Part shown: positions 22,351 to 34,945 of the stretch, one piece after another
How the letters are laid out: each line of letters begins with the position of its first letter
Position numbering within the stretch: the first letter of the stretch is position 1
Assembly: GCF_006345805.1 (NCBI RefSeq)
Contig: NC_043006.1
Span: 56,854,001 to 56,918,000, forward strand
DNA: 64,000 nucleotides
Source: Octopus sinensis
Taxonomy: Eukaryota
Direction: 5' to 3'
Notes under the pieces: model-generated
Told to the model about the DNA's origin: nothing
The model's database searches: none
What the model saw: only the letters and a program-made list of their open reading frames with translations
Made by a program: the position numbers and the translations under genes

Positions 22351-23794
22351 GCCGTGCTCTTATCTTATCATATCTTATCTTATCTTATCTTAAAGAATGG
22401 ATTACTTGTATATGTTACTATCAAACTGAATTTTTTTCTTGGTCTGGACGAAGGGGCTGTGGCCATGGACTTTGCACCTTTGATAGTAGTAAGATAAATC
22501 TGCGTAATATTCCTCTTGAATCGTATTTAATAGATATACCCTTACCTGGTGGAACTAGAAGTTGTAATTGTCGAATTGAAGGTAGGAATCGATTTTAATA
22601 TAATAATAACGTAGAGAAGTACAAGACTTACCGGACTTATTTATCTGAAAAAGTAGGTTATCAACAACGATACACATCGGGATTAATTTAATTGATGAAG
22701 TGGCCTGGCATTCTTACTAACAACAACAGCAGCAGAATGAAAGGAAAAATAACTTGGATCAGATATTCTAAGAATGTAACACAAGTTGTATGACATTTCA
22801 TGTGTTTAATTGCGATCGGGACAATTAAGTAGAGAATAATCCTAAACGTGTAAGCAATGAAACAGTTGCTTTTATAGGTCATCGGCTACACATCTTGTTT
22901 TTTAATAAAGTAGTTAGGTAGGTATGGACTCAAACGTGTCATATGGTAAGTTAGTAAATTCAATTGAAATTATTCATTGCAAGGGAAAACTACCACCAGA
23001 AGCGTTTCAGATGTAAAAAGAAGAACAAAAACCAAAAGAGAAATTCGTGGTCTGTTTTATATAGTGACAAGTTGGTGAGTGGCTTGTATTAATACAGATA
23101 TAAAATAGACCTAGTTATTGTGTGTACAACTAAAGAAAAACAAGTGTACTCAAGAGAGTGTCGGGGTGGACAAGAGATACAGGAAATGAGGAAAAGTAGG
23201 TAGACAGATTGAGTTGGTTTAAGGGTGGATATAAAGAGTTGAAGGATGGCCAGTAGTATCTTAGTTGAGAAAGGTAAAGGGATATAAGAAGAGAACAGTA
23301 GAGAGTAGCAACAGGTTAATAATGGTGATAGAAATGACAGGAAAAAGACAAGGGAGAGACGACATGTGGTTAGATAGACTGCAGGAGAGGGGGAGAAAGA
23401 CAGAGAGAAAGAGAGGCAGGCATACTGCATGAGATTATTTGGTTGTCTAGTGGGGAAGGAAGATAAGAATGAAGAATGGCTACGTATACAGACTTTTGCC
23501 ATGGTAACGAAGCTAAAGTATGACGCTGTCGAGGTGATTTTTTTTTTTTAGATGATAACGAAAAATACGGAGAGAAGTTTGTAATTGACAATCAAGAAAT
23601 TAAAGGGGAGAAATATTGTTGGTTTAATAGATAGAGATAGTGAGGGTGGATAATTACAAACTTCCCTCCGTATTTTTCCTTACCATCTAAAATTTTTTCT
23701 TTCCGTTTATTTCAGCTCCTTCTCCCTCCTATCCCCTCTACCCGTAAATTTACGAGTACACACGCCTACATACACCTCCACCACTCCATACTAT

Positions 23795-23840
<46 letters not shown>

Positions 23841-23847
<7 letters not shown>

Positions 23848-24953
23848 AATAAAATAGAATATATGCATATATAAACATATATGTACGTACCTACCTCTAC
23901 ATGTACATATACACGCATATATGTGTACAGGACACCAAAAAGACGTCGAACACATAGAGAGACGAAAAACATAGACACAAACCAAGGAACAAGACAAGCA
24001 AAAAAAGAGATACAGGACAATAAGCACAACGAAAAATCCCCTTCTTCAGTCGCTAAGGTTTCATCTACTAAACGTTTCGAAGGATAAAAGCGAGACGTAT
24101 ACTTCGAAGAAAACTTCCTTCCTGTGAAAAGCAAATCAATTAAAATTCTGAGATCTTTTCGCAGAGGGGTAAAAAAAAGCAAGACGGTAACGACAGTACA
24201 AACATATAAACAGTAAAAAATATATATATAAACAGTGGAAAAATAAATATATAACAGTGAGAGACAGGACAAGGAGAACAAGATAAGAAGGGCTGTTAAC
24301 GCCAGACGAAAAAAGTATTGCAAACGCTGGATTAAAGTGGACGACGAGAGAGAAAAAATGTCGACCAGTAGCCTTAGAAGGCGGGCGAGAAAAGACAGGA
24401 TAGCAGTTACGACGGAAGTATCGTCGCAGATGGACGACGGAATGGGGGAGGAGGAGCAAGAGGAAGAGAGAGAAGAAGGGGAATGGTGCGAGGAGACCAT
24501 GAAGAATGGTGAAAGGGAGAGAGAGAATGAAGAATGAGAGAGAGAGGAAGAGACAAGTTAAGTGAGGGAAAAAAGACGAAAAAGGGAATGGGAGAGAAAG
24601 AAAGAAAGATGCAGAGTCGCGTGAGAGTTAATATCAAGGCTAACTTGATAAACAGAACAATCTTACTTAATAGGGTGCGTGCGTTTAGTCGTATAATATG
24701 TTAATAAAATAGAATATATGCATATATATAAACATATATGTACGTACCTACCTCTACATGTACATATACACGCATATATGTGTACAGGACACCAAAAAGA
24801 CGTCGAACACATAGAGAGACGAAAAACATAGACACAAACCAAGGAACAAGACAAGCAAAAAAAGAGATACAGGACAATAAGCACAACGAAAAATCCCCTT
24901 CTTCAGTCGCTAAGGTTTCATCTACTAAACGTTTCGAAGGATAAAAGCGAGAC
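23841..24953 (-). mobile_element. Non-coding element with two ~257-bp near-identical direct repeats (23841-24096, 24696-24953), period ~857 bp
   Basis: The repeats differ only by one TA unit. The spacer is polypurine. (TA)n is on the left, and a SINE abuts the right. Confidence 0.8.
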
Positions 24954-25359
24954 ATAGACGTAGGAGTGGCTATGTGGTAAGTAGCTTGCTTACAAACTAC
25001 ATGGTGCTGGGTTCAGTCCCACTGTGTGGCAGTTTGGGCAAGTGTCTTCTACTATAGCCTCGGGCCGACCAAAGCCTTGCGAGTGGATTTGGTAGACGGA
25101 AGCTGAAAGAAGCCCGTCGTATATATGGCGATGTTGGGAGGACAAACACAGACACACAAACATATACACATGTGTTTGTCCTCCCAACATCGCTTGACTA
25201 CCGATGTGTTTACGTCCCCATAACTTAGCTGTTCGGCAAAAGAGAACCGATAGAATAAGCACTAGGCTTACAAGGAATAAGTCCTGGGGTCGATTTGCTC
25301 GACTAAAGGCGGTGCTCCAGCATGGCCACAGTCACATGACTGAAACTAGTAAAAGAGTA
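24954..25359 (+). mobile_element. SINE family A, full length, with a short internal inverted duplication
   Basis: Standard head and tail. GCGATGTTGGGAGGACAAACACA (25128-25150) is the reverse complement of TGTGTTTGTCCTCCCAACATCGC (25171-25193). Confidence 0.88.
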
Positions 25360-25971
25360 TATATAATACTCCTCTGCTAATTTCTGTGATTCGGCCAAAA
25401 AAGCCCTCGGAAAATCAACAGTCAAATAACCGTGCTTAAATTCCTCACCCTACTTTACTTTATTCATACAGTTTCTTTCTCCCCCTTGACCAAAAATATT
25501 TCCCCTCCAAATTATCTATTTTTTCAATCCCCTTACTAAATTCTGTAATTCAGCCAAAGCAACCCTATTACTTACTACCAGTCAACTGACCTAGCTTAAG
25601 TTCCTCCTGCCTCTTATATTTTCTTCTTTCTTCCCTTCTTCTAATACTTATTTCTCCCTACATGTATGTACTCCTCTCATACTGTGCCCTCAACACATTC
25701 TGATTGAATCTTCCTTGCGTCAACATGTGTCTCCTTACGACAATGTAACCTTTAATCTAATCAAGATATCATTGGCCGGCAGAACAGCCGGCGGTATACA
25801 CCGCACGTGGATCTTACCACTCTTGAAGTTTCGCTCGCTATGAAAGCTTATCCCATTCCGTAACTCTTGTTGATTCAATACATAGTGGTAGTGAGGGTAG
25901 ATATGAAGGAAATTACAAACTTCCCTCGGTATTTTTCCTTACCATCTAAAAACGTTTTTCCTACTCCATTC

Positions 25972-26013
<42 letters not shown>

Positions 26014-26018
<5 letters not shown>

Positions 26019-26358
26019 AAATAAGAAAATGGAGAAATATATCTAAATCATCATCAACTATCAGATAATACCGAATCATATACTTTATTAAAACACTACA
26101 CAAGAGAGTGTTTTAATAAAGTATATGATTCGGTATTATCTGATAGTTGATGAATGATTTAGATATATTTCTCCATTTTCTTATTTTGTATTATTAATTT
26201 ATGGTAAAAATAATTTTACCTTTGCCCACCTAATACAGTAAATGAATTAATTGCATCGCAATTCTTAACATTTATGTATTAGCTTTGTTGGGTACTTCTC
26301 TAGCAGTATATTGGATATATGTTATCCCATGGAGGGTTGAATTTACAAACCCCTATCT

Positions 26359-26365
<7 letters not shown>
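26014..26365. mobile_element. Fold-back repeat (arms ~26014-26097 / 26107-26191) from a family also seen at 19570-19850
   Basis: ATACAAAATAAGAAAATGGAGAAATAT..TTTATTAAAACACT versus AGTGTTTTAATAAAG..CTCCATTTTCTTATTTTGTAT. 26320-26365 is the reverse complement of 19585-19625. (TA)n on both sides. Confidence 0.75.
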
Positions 26366-26395
<30 letters not shown>

Positions 26396-26587
26396 GAAAT
26401 GAAGAAAATGCTGACAAAATAATTTAAGTAAGGGAGAGTGTATTTAATTAGGTGAAAGTTCTTTTTACCGGTTGCGCATTTGTTATGCTTATCAAAAGAT
26501 ATTTTTTTAAGAGAGATAGAGTTCCTTTCTGATAGATTTTTTTTCTCTTATCTGACTTTATGTTGGGTATGCTGTCTCTTATATGTG

Positions 26588-26940
26588 AAAAAAGAGGCTC
26601 CAGAGTTGTTTAAGATTTGCTTGGTTTCGCGCCTAAAATTTCTTGTGGACAATGGTCAATACAATTTTGATTGGTCATTATAAAGAGGTCACGTGAATGT
26701 TTGAATGGAAGTTGGTGTTGGGGTAAGAAAATAGGCTCCAGAGATGTTAAAATTTGGCTAGTGTCACGCCTAAAATTTCTTATTGGTCAGAATAAAGAGG
26801 TCACGTGGATGTGGTCATAATAGAGAGGTCACGTGAATGTTTAGAATGAATGTTGATGTGGGTGGTGTATGGAGTTTTCGAAAATAGCGTTGTTGAAAAT
26901 TCTTATTGTTCAGGCTGCTCAGTAGACGTCATGTGGATAT
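26588..26940 (+). repeat. Degenerate tandem array with repeated ATTGG-N15-CACGTG modules
   Basis: GAGGTCACGTG with CACGTG at 26690, 26802 and 26830; duplicated GGCTCCAGAG..CGCCTAAAATTTCTT. Confidence 0.6.
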
Positions 26941-27364
26941 TTTAATTAGCTTTTTAGCGCGTAGTTAAGGAGTGTATTTTCCGCTTGACTGAATTTGAGC
27001 TGGATAAGTAAGTTCGTTTAGGACAGGAAGAGCTATATGTATGTATGTGTGCGCGCGCGCGCGCGTGTGTGCGTGTGTGTGTGTTTATATGCATGTTGGG
27101 GCGCGCGAGTGTATATATGTGTGCGTGTGTGGGTACAATTTTCAATATTTATAGTTCTGCTGGCCTTGTGCCTGTATCGGGAAGCAACGTGTCAGTGTGA
27201 AGTCAATATTTACAATCATTTCCAAAAAATAGTGTTGGATGTTTTGCACTCGTATCAAATTATGTGTATGTGTGGAACCATATATTTGCGTGTGTCATGG
27301 TGTTAATATCTGGGTAAAAGTGTGTGTAGGGTGTGTGCAGGTGTAAGTGTGTTTGTTGTGGTTT

Positions 27365-28020
27365 CGAGGTCTGATCAATAGTATCTGAACTGTTGCCATA
27401 GTAACGAAACTAGAGCATGCCGAGTGAAGCCACTTGGCACAGATTGACCTTGAACTCTGCTGTGCGTGCGCACTAAGTTTTAACATTCTAGCTCACTTCC
27501 GCTGTTTACAGCTGTGCTTGGAAGGAACGTGTGTAGCGTGTGATCATCACATTGACCATGACAGAGAAAGTTGTCATGGCGATACCTGTTCAGAGGCCTA
27601 CGAAAAATTTGCAGAAAGTGTATGGAGAGGACTTTATGAGCTGCATGCAAGTTTAGGAGTATTTTAGACGTTTCCAAGATGGCTGAAAAAATACCGATGT
27701 TGACGAACGTTCTGAGAGACAAGTAATCAGCAGAACTGAGAAAAACATCGTAGATGTGCGTTCAGCTGAGAGGGGACATCGTCGAATCACCATCCGTAAG
27801 TTATGAGAGGATGTGCAGATTAGTTACGATCTAGTTCAGTCTATTATCACTCAAGATTTGGGTATGAGACGCGTGTCTCAAAACTGCTTTCAGCTGACCA
27901 AAAAGATACTCGGGTCTCAATTGCACAAGATTTCCTTGATTGTGTCGAGAACGATAAAAACTTTTTGAAAACTTTTCGTAGGCCTCTGAGCAGGTATCGC
28001 CAAGCATTTGGCAAAATATG
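27365..28020 (+). mobile_element. Mariner remnant: left TIR and N-terminal HTH region of the transposase
   Basis: Starts CGAGGTCTGATCAATA. Translation QKVYGEDFMS..YFRRFQDG..DERS..RRITIRKL..VQSIITQDLGMRRV..LSADQKDTRV. Confidence 0.8.
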
Positions 28021-28311
28021 ACGCAGGCAGCAACAACAATTTTAGAAAGAAATGTAAATAAGTAAATGAGTGAAAATCAAATGGGTGGGTGTGTTAATTA
28101 ACAAAGCATTAAAAGACAATGACTCTCCCCAGACACAATATATTTACGAAGCTATTTCATCGCAAATATCAAACATGGAAACAAAGATGGTGGCATTTTC
28201 TAAAGCAAAACAGTTATTGATCCAAATTCCAGTGAGAGGGGATCTTGCTTCTTTGTCGGAGACCAGCTCCCTTCAAGGAACAATTCTCATAAATTATAAA
28301 ACACATACATA

Positions 28312-28393
<82 letters not shown>

Positions 28394-28979
28394 ATTTATC
28401 TATCTATCTCTATCTCTCACTTTCTCCTTTCTCTCTCTCTCACTTTCTCCTTTCTCTCTCTCTCACTCCATCTATCTCTCCCATCTCTCCTTCTCTTTCC
28501 CTCTCACACATACATACACACACTTACTGTTACTTGAAACAGAAGGCACAAACCATAAAGGGAGCAAGCAACATTATTCTAATCGCTAAACGCTAATGTT
28601 TAATCGTTATTCTTTACATTTATCTTACATATCTTATAAATTAGTATACCACGCTAATTATCATATCTGTCTCGATCGGGCTGTCCAGGATAATTACAAA
28701 CAAATGTACATTATTGTTGTTTTTAACTGCTACAAAGCATTTAAATTAATGAAGTATACTTTTGGCAAATTGTGTAACCTACATTTTGTTACACGCCAAT
28801 CCTTATCCAGCCGACGATGAAAGGCGTTCCAAGCTTTGGACCGCCTAGTCTCCTCACTTCACTGATAGCCTCTCGGAAGTATAGGATCTAATACGTTCTT
28901 TGTGTTGAAATGATTGTAGATTATTACTTGAGACTTGACTTCTATTGATAGACAGACGAGACACCGCCTAGAAGCACTT

Positions 28980-29013
<34 letters not shown>

Positions 29014-29024
29014 AATGTGTGTGT

Positions 29025-29105
<81 letters not shown>

Positions 29106-29624
29106 TGTTTGTGTGTGCACATAAAGGAGTAGAGATTTCAAAATCTAGCTGGTACTTTATAAGCACTCTGTTGTAATACGAATTTGGCTAACCATAATGA
29201 CCGGCACGAAACATTAGGAACCGTGTAGAATAAACAATTATAGTTGTACTCTAATTCGATTGGTAAATTCTTTATTTACCTCGAAGAATTTTGCGTAAAA
29301 TCCCAGAGTGTATTAGAAAGACACAATGAAGAATGAAGAATTTCATATTTTCAATTAATATTTTCCAACAAAGACACTGACGCGTTATCTGTTATTTAAG
29401 CGTTTTTCAGCTTCCCTTTGGGGAATACATTGAAAATGATACGTGCTTGCAATGTGTCTTGGATCTGCGTAGAACAATAATCGATTTAGTTTGAATTGAT
29501 TAGTTTATACAAAACCATTGCATCTAAGGACCCTAGAACACATACATAACGGAAACATCTATCGGTATCTTATATGTTGGAAAATATTAAAGACGTGTAA
29601 TTCTCCACTTTTCATTGTGTCTTG

Positions 29625-29682
<58 letters not shown>

Positions 29683-29683
<1 letters not shown>

Positions 29684-30515
29684 TAGCAGCTAAGCACGGT
29701 TTCACCCGGTCTGTTTGGTTGATGTGGCTGTGATCGTTTCAGTTAGGCATAACCTATAACACCATTTCTCAACCTTATCATTTCGGGTCCCCTGTTTCGA
29801 TTGGAGCCTCCAGTTGTACGAAAATTTCCTGACCCCACCCCAACCTCCTTGTCAGAAAACAGCTTCAGGAATTGTGAAGTACGAATTTGTACGTAGTCTG
29901 TTCCTGAGAGCTATTCTATTGGATCTCTGTCTAATCATTAAAACATTGGGCAATCTTTCGATATGGTAACACACGACTTACAAACCACTTATAAACCACG
30001 TGTGTTTATTTACATTTTTGAAGATGATCGTCGGTTTCCATAAAAAGGTTACTTTTTTAAGATGGAGTTGGGTGGAAAGGAGATCTTTTGAAGTCAGCAT
30101 GAAAGCGAGAGACAGAGATAGCGCGATTGTAGGAGTGAAGTTCTTTTGAAGTTGGCATGGAGCCTAAGAATTGATGTGCGTGTGTGTGAGAGAGAGTGTG
30201 TATGTGTGTGTTTGTTGGGGTGTGCGATACAGAATGTGTGGTGTGTATGTGAATTGCTTTTGTTAATGTGTGTGAAGAGACAGATAGAGTAATGTTGCTG
30301 GTGTGTGTGTGTGTATGTGTGTGTGGGGGGGGGAGAGAGAGAGAAATAACTGAAATTTTTTATTCACTTGTAGTGAGTGAATGTGTGAGTGACTGACAGA
30401 GAAAAAGCGAGAGAGAGAGAAAGGTTATGTATGTATGTATGTATGTATGTATGTATGTATGTATGTATGGCTTCAGTGACACACACACACGCATGCAGGT
30501 TGTTATGTATGTATG

Positions 30516-30549
<34 letters not shown>

Positions 30550-31195
30550 TGTATGTATGTAGCTATGTATGGCTGAGAGAGAATTAACTGAAATTTTGTT
30601 ATTCACTTTTTGTAGTGAGTGAATGTGTGAGTAACTGACAGAGAAAAGGAGAGAGAGAGAGAGAGGTTATGTATGTATGTGTGTATGTATGAATGGTTTT
30701 GGCTGACTGTCATCCGGTACTCCCCTTGTTGCTAGCGAAATGCTATATGCCGACTGTGTGAGCAACTGGTTGCTTTAATGGCGGGGGAATTCCATTAGAA
30801 AAAGTTTTAATCGATTTTCTCGGTAACTATGGGGGCTAGGAAAAAATACAACCGCATTCCAGTCTATGCACCCGTCTCCACATGTGTGCCATTTTCATGC
30901 GAATCCACCTAGCCGTTTGGATGTGAACCTCAAAACAAGAAAGAATACAACGATAGCCCATGTCCAATTTATATTATACTACCAGCTAAGCCCGGTTTCA
31001 CCCGGTCTGTTTGGATGGTGTGGCTGTGATCGTTTTCGGTTAGGCATAATCTATAACAGCGTTTCTCAACCATATCATTTCGGATCCCCTGTTTTGATTG
31101 GAGCCTCCAGCTGGATGAAAATTTCCTGACTCCACCAGAAAACAGCTTCAGGAGTTGTAAAGAACGAATATGTACGTAGTCTGTCTAATCATTAA
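29683..31195 (-). mobile_element. Head-to-tail Helitron-like tandem: unit 29683-~30978 plus the truncated 3' part of a second unit from 30979
   Basis: CTAG at 29683-86 plus a CGGTTTCACCCGG hairpin next to (TA)n. The same ~200 bp restarts at 30979 (CTAC variant) directly after a TATAATATAAATTGGACA-type 5' end. Confidence 0.65.
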
Positions 31196-31336
31196 AAAAG
31201 TGATTTAATTATGAAAATAGAAAGAATTTATACATCAATTCCTATTTTTGTAAGCAGTTGTATCCGTAAAAAATTATATTTGCAGAGAGCAGAAATTGAA
31301 AGAAGATATATGAAATGGACGTGTGTGTGTGTGTGT

Positions 31337-31375
<39 letters not shown>

Positions 31376-31719
31376 GCGTGTGTGTGCGTGCGTGTGTGCG
31401 TGTGTGAGTGCGTGCGTGTGTGCGTGCGTGTATGTGTGTGCGTGCGTGCGTGTGTGCGTGCGTACTTGCGCGTGTGTATGTGAGAGAGAAAGGTTGAGAA
31501 AGAGAGATAGAGTGAGTAAGTGAAGGTATGTGTCATGATGATTGACGTCTTTTAAGGTACACACCCCTACATAGAAAATATGAGGTCATCGTATAAAATT
31601 TTTACGATAGTTGATTTATGGAAAAGATTATGTTAAATATTGTTAAAAAGCTCTTTAAATAGTAAAGTCGATGGCCGCCCGATCTCACAACTACAGTTAT
31701 TGCTGCTTCTCTACTACTA

Positions 31720-31832
<113 letters not shown>

Positions 31833-33180
31833 CAATTCTTTTTTATTGGCCACAAGGGCTGACACGCATGATTACATAAAGGGACAAAACAGGACGAAAT
31901 GTTACAAAGGGTTTTGTCTGTTTTTGAAAAACATCGAGTAAAAATCTTTATAACTATTTTAAAAAATTCAACAATGAAAAACTCCCAAAAGGGGGAGACG
32001 TTTCGAAAGGTTCCTGGTGCAAAAAACTCTACAAAAGCCAACGGGAGCCTGGTCAAAAAAGGGGTGTAGCGAGTCCCTTTTTTCTCCTTTTATATTACCT
32101 TTTTGAAATTACAGGCGAAACCTGAGAACTGGTCCATTTATACAGGCCAGTCTCGCACAATTCACCCACCTTTCATAAAACTTGCTATCGGACAGCACTT
32201 TCCTCTCTAACCTCATCTTCCTTTTCAAGTGAAACTTGAAAAAGTTGATGAGGCCTTGACCAAAGAGGAAAGTGTCTGACCGTAGACCTTTCAAACGAGT
32301 CCACCACACAACTTCTTTCGCCACAGCCACTAGGCACAAGAAAACGGCCTCGCCCTCCTTGTTAAAGGAGGTTGGCGGGGCAATCTTCACTATGGATTCG
32401 GCCGATAGTCGGATCCGTCCTACACGTGACAGTAGCTGTTCGACATAAACCCATATTTCAGCAATACTCGGGCACTGGACGAGTGCGTGCAGGACGGTTT
32501 CGTCGTCCTGGCAACACCTCGGGCAGGCCCGGCTGACGGCACTTCCGTGCCGGTAGAGTTTATCTCGAACAGGCAGAGCCCCTCGGTAGCACTGCCAGGC
32601 GAGCGACCTCTGGAAATTATCCATCGGCCCCGGCCCGAAAGTCCTTCCGAACAGAGAGAGAGAAATAACTGAAATTTTTTATTCACTTGTAGTGAGTGAA
32701 TGTGTGAGTGACTGACAGAGAAAAAGCGAGAGAGAGAGAAAGGTTATGTATGTATGTATGTATGTATGTATGTATGTATGTATGTATGTATGTATGTATG
32801 TATGGCTTCATACATACATACATATGTACTAATACATACATACATACATACATACATACATACATACATACATACATACATACATACTAACCCTCCACTA
32901 ACCCTCTATAGAACGCTAGAGTGGAGCTGTAACCGATCGCATTGCCCGCCTGGCGGAGGGCGGAGAGAGCTTGACAGCACTCGAGGTGCCAAGCGCCCTT
33001 TCTCGGTCTACGTTTGATCCAGGTCTGCAGCTCCGTCAAAGAGACGAGCTGCGGAAAATCGCGTCTGACAAAAGACGACCACACCTGTTCACCGTCTAGG
33101 AAGCGCTTGAGATGCCGCAGCCTGAGCGCATGTCTGCGCAACAGCAACCACGGCATTCCAAGGCCGCCCGCTCTCACAAA
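31833..33180 (-). pseudogene. 5'-truncated L1/Tx1 ORF2 C-terminal part (post-RT, CCHC zinc finger) and 3' UTR
   Basis: GGLGMP motif; WQCYRGALPVRDKL..CPRCCQDDETVLHALVQC (zf-RVT type); interrupted at 32653-32886. Confidence 0.88.
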
Positions 33181-33405
33181 ATTTCTACATTCTTATGACG
33201 TCAGCAAAGCGCGCGCGCACACACACATACACATAATTATATGTATATACTTTGATACTTTGATAGGTTTCGGCCAGTATTGGCCCATGCATATATTTTT
33301 TATTCTTTATTTTTGTTTCATTTATTAAACTGCAGTCATTCAAATTCATCACGTTTGCTGTGTCTAAAGCCGCCATCTTCAAAGATTAAATTTTTAATGT
33401 CCCAT

Positions 33406-33571
33406 AGGCACTGTGTGGCTGTGTGGTGAGAAGCTTACTTCCCAACCACATGTTTCCGGGTTCAATCCCACTGCGTCGTACCTTGTGCCAGTGTCTTCTA
33501 CTATAACTTCGGGCCGACCAAAGCCTTGTGAATGAATTTGGTACACGGAAACTGAACGAAACCCGTCGTAT
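33406..33571 (+). mobile_element. SINE family A, 5' half
   Basis: A/B-box head ending CCCGTCGTATATA. Confidence 0.85.
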
Positions 33572-33675
33572 ATATATATATAAAGGGAAAGTTAACGAAA
33601 ATAAACAAAAGCCGAAGGCAGGTGGAGTACAAACAAACAAATGTATTAGTATAGCACTCAGGAATAGAAAAAGTA

Positions 33676-33709
33676 TTTTACGTTTCGAGCCTACGCTCTT
33701 CGACAGAAT
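33676..33709 (-). ncRNA. Minimal hammerhead-like motif with variant core CTGTCGA, inside a ~190-bp insert in the SINE microsatellite
   Basis: Minus strand TT-CTGTCGA-A-GAGC GTAG GCTC-GAAA-CGT-A-AA. Stem I is only 2 bp in this copy. Confidence 0.5.
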
Positions 33710-33784
33710 GATACACAGAAAAAAAAACAAGGAGAGAAAAAAGGAGAGAAAAAAATGCGTGAAGGAACCAAGTGTGTGTGTATG

Positions 33785-33823
<39 letters not shown>

Positions 33824-33830
33824 ATATATA

Positions 33831-34255
33831 TAGGCGCAGGAGTGACTGAGTGGTAAGTACCTTGCTTACCAACCGCATGGTTCCGAGTTCAGTCGCACTG
33901 CGTGGCACCTTGGGTGAGTATCTTCTACGATAGCCTCGGGCCGATCAAAGCCTTGTGAGTGGATTTAGTAGATGAAAACTGAAAGAAGCCCGTCGTATAT
34001 ATGTATATGCATATATATGTGTATGTATATGCATATATATGTGTGTGTGTGTGTGTTTGTTGTCTGTGTTTTTCCCCCACCCCAACATCGCTTGACAACC
34101 GATGCTGGTGTGTTTACGTCCCCGTAACTTAGCTGTTCGGCAAAAGAGACCGATAGTACTAGGCTTCTAAAGAATAAATCCTGGGGTCGATTTGCTCGAC
34201 TAAATGTGGTGCTCCAACATGGCCGCAGTCAAATGACTGAAACAAGTAAAAGAGT
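33831..34255 (+). mobile_element. SINE family A, full length
   Basis: Head, internal microsatellite and tail as in 6091-6503. Confidence 0.9.
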
Positions 34256-34396
34256 ATATATATATATACGTTTGACTCCTCATTCTCATAATCACCTAAC
34301 CTGGAGGTCAACTACAGTCTGTCCATAGCACTTATTCCGCATCACCTGACACCTTTGGATCTTATTGACCCCATTACATCTCATAACCTCTATATA

Positions 34397-34945
34397 TCTA
34401 TTATATAAAATCCGTTCTGTCTGTGTGTGTGTGTGTCTTCTAGGATCTCGGGCATCCTCCATCCGATTGCGCTCAGATTTGATATGTAGATACCGACGGT
34501 GTCAGGGCGTGTATAAGTCTTGAAAAAATTACAAAAATCAATTCCAGGCGAGAATGTGATCGATAAAGCCGTGGGAACGTGCATTTATACGCGCAAGTAC
34601 TATATAATTTAAAACTTATATGTTTATATATAAAATTTTATATATAATTATATATAATTTTATATATATAATTATTTTAGAATTATATACAATTATAAAA
34701 AAAAAAAACGATGGTGTTTCCCCGATGAAACGCGTCCAATTCCCTGTTCACCTCAGCTTCCTGATGACCATCAACAAAGCACAGGGCAGTCATTGAAACT
34801 CGTGGGGTTGGACCTCAGCATTCCCTGCTTTTCGCACGGACAACTGTATGCGGGCTGTTTGAGGGATGGCTGTTCGACAAACCTTTTCTACTACGCTCCA
34901 GACGGAGTAACAAAGACTGTGGTTTACAAGGCTGCGTTCCACTAG
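34397..34945 (+). mobile_element. Internally deleted Helitron: 5' terminus joined to the helicase C-terminus
   Basis: A|TCTATTATATAAAATCCGTTCTGTCTG 5' end. 34717-34945 reads KRVQFPVHLSFLMTINKAQG..GLDLSIPCFSHGQLY..TKTVVYK. No hairpin-CTAG 3' end found. Confidence 0.78.

Noticed and set aside
22500-23540. Possible very old Penelope remnant (SCNCR motif, purine-rich tail)
   Set aside because: Only one 4-residue motif; no recognisable GIY-YIG or hammerhead.
23766-24500. 244-aa hydrophobic ORF resembling a membrane protein (similar ORFs at 36699, 44607)
   Set aside because: It arises from T-rich, polypyrimidine and microsatellite sequence inside repeats, and frames are not kept between related units.
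28070-28312. 80-aa ORF in apparently unique sequence
   Set aside because: GTG start, no recognisable domain and no convincing splice sites.
33258-33292. Hammerhead-like half motif GGCC..GGCC-GAAAC on the minus strand
   Set aside because: The CTGANGA box and stem III are missing.
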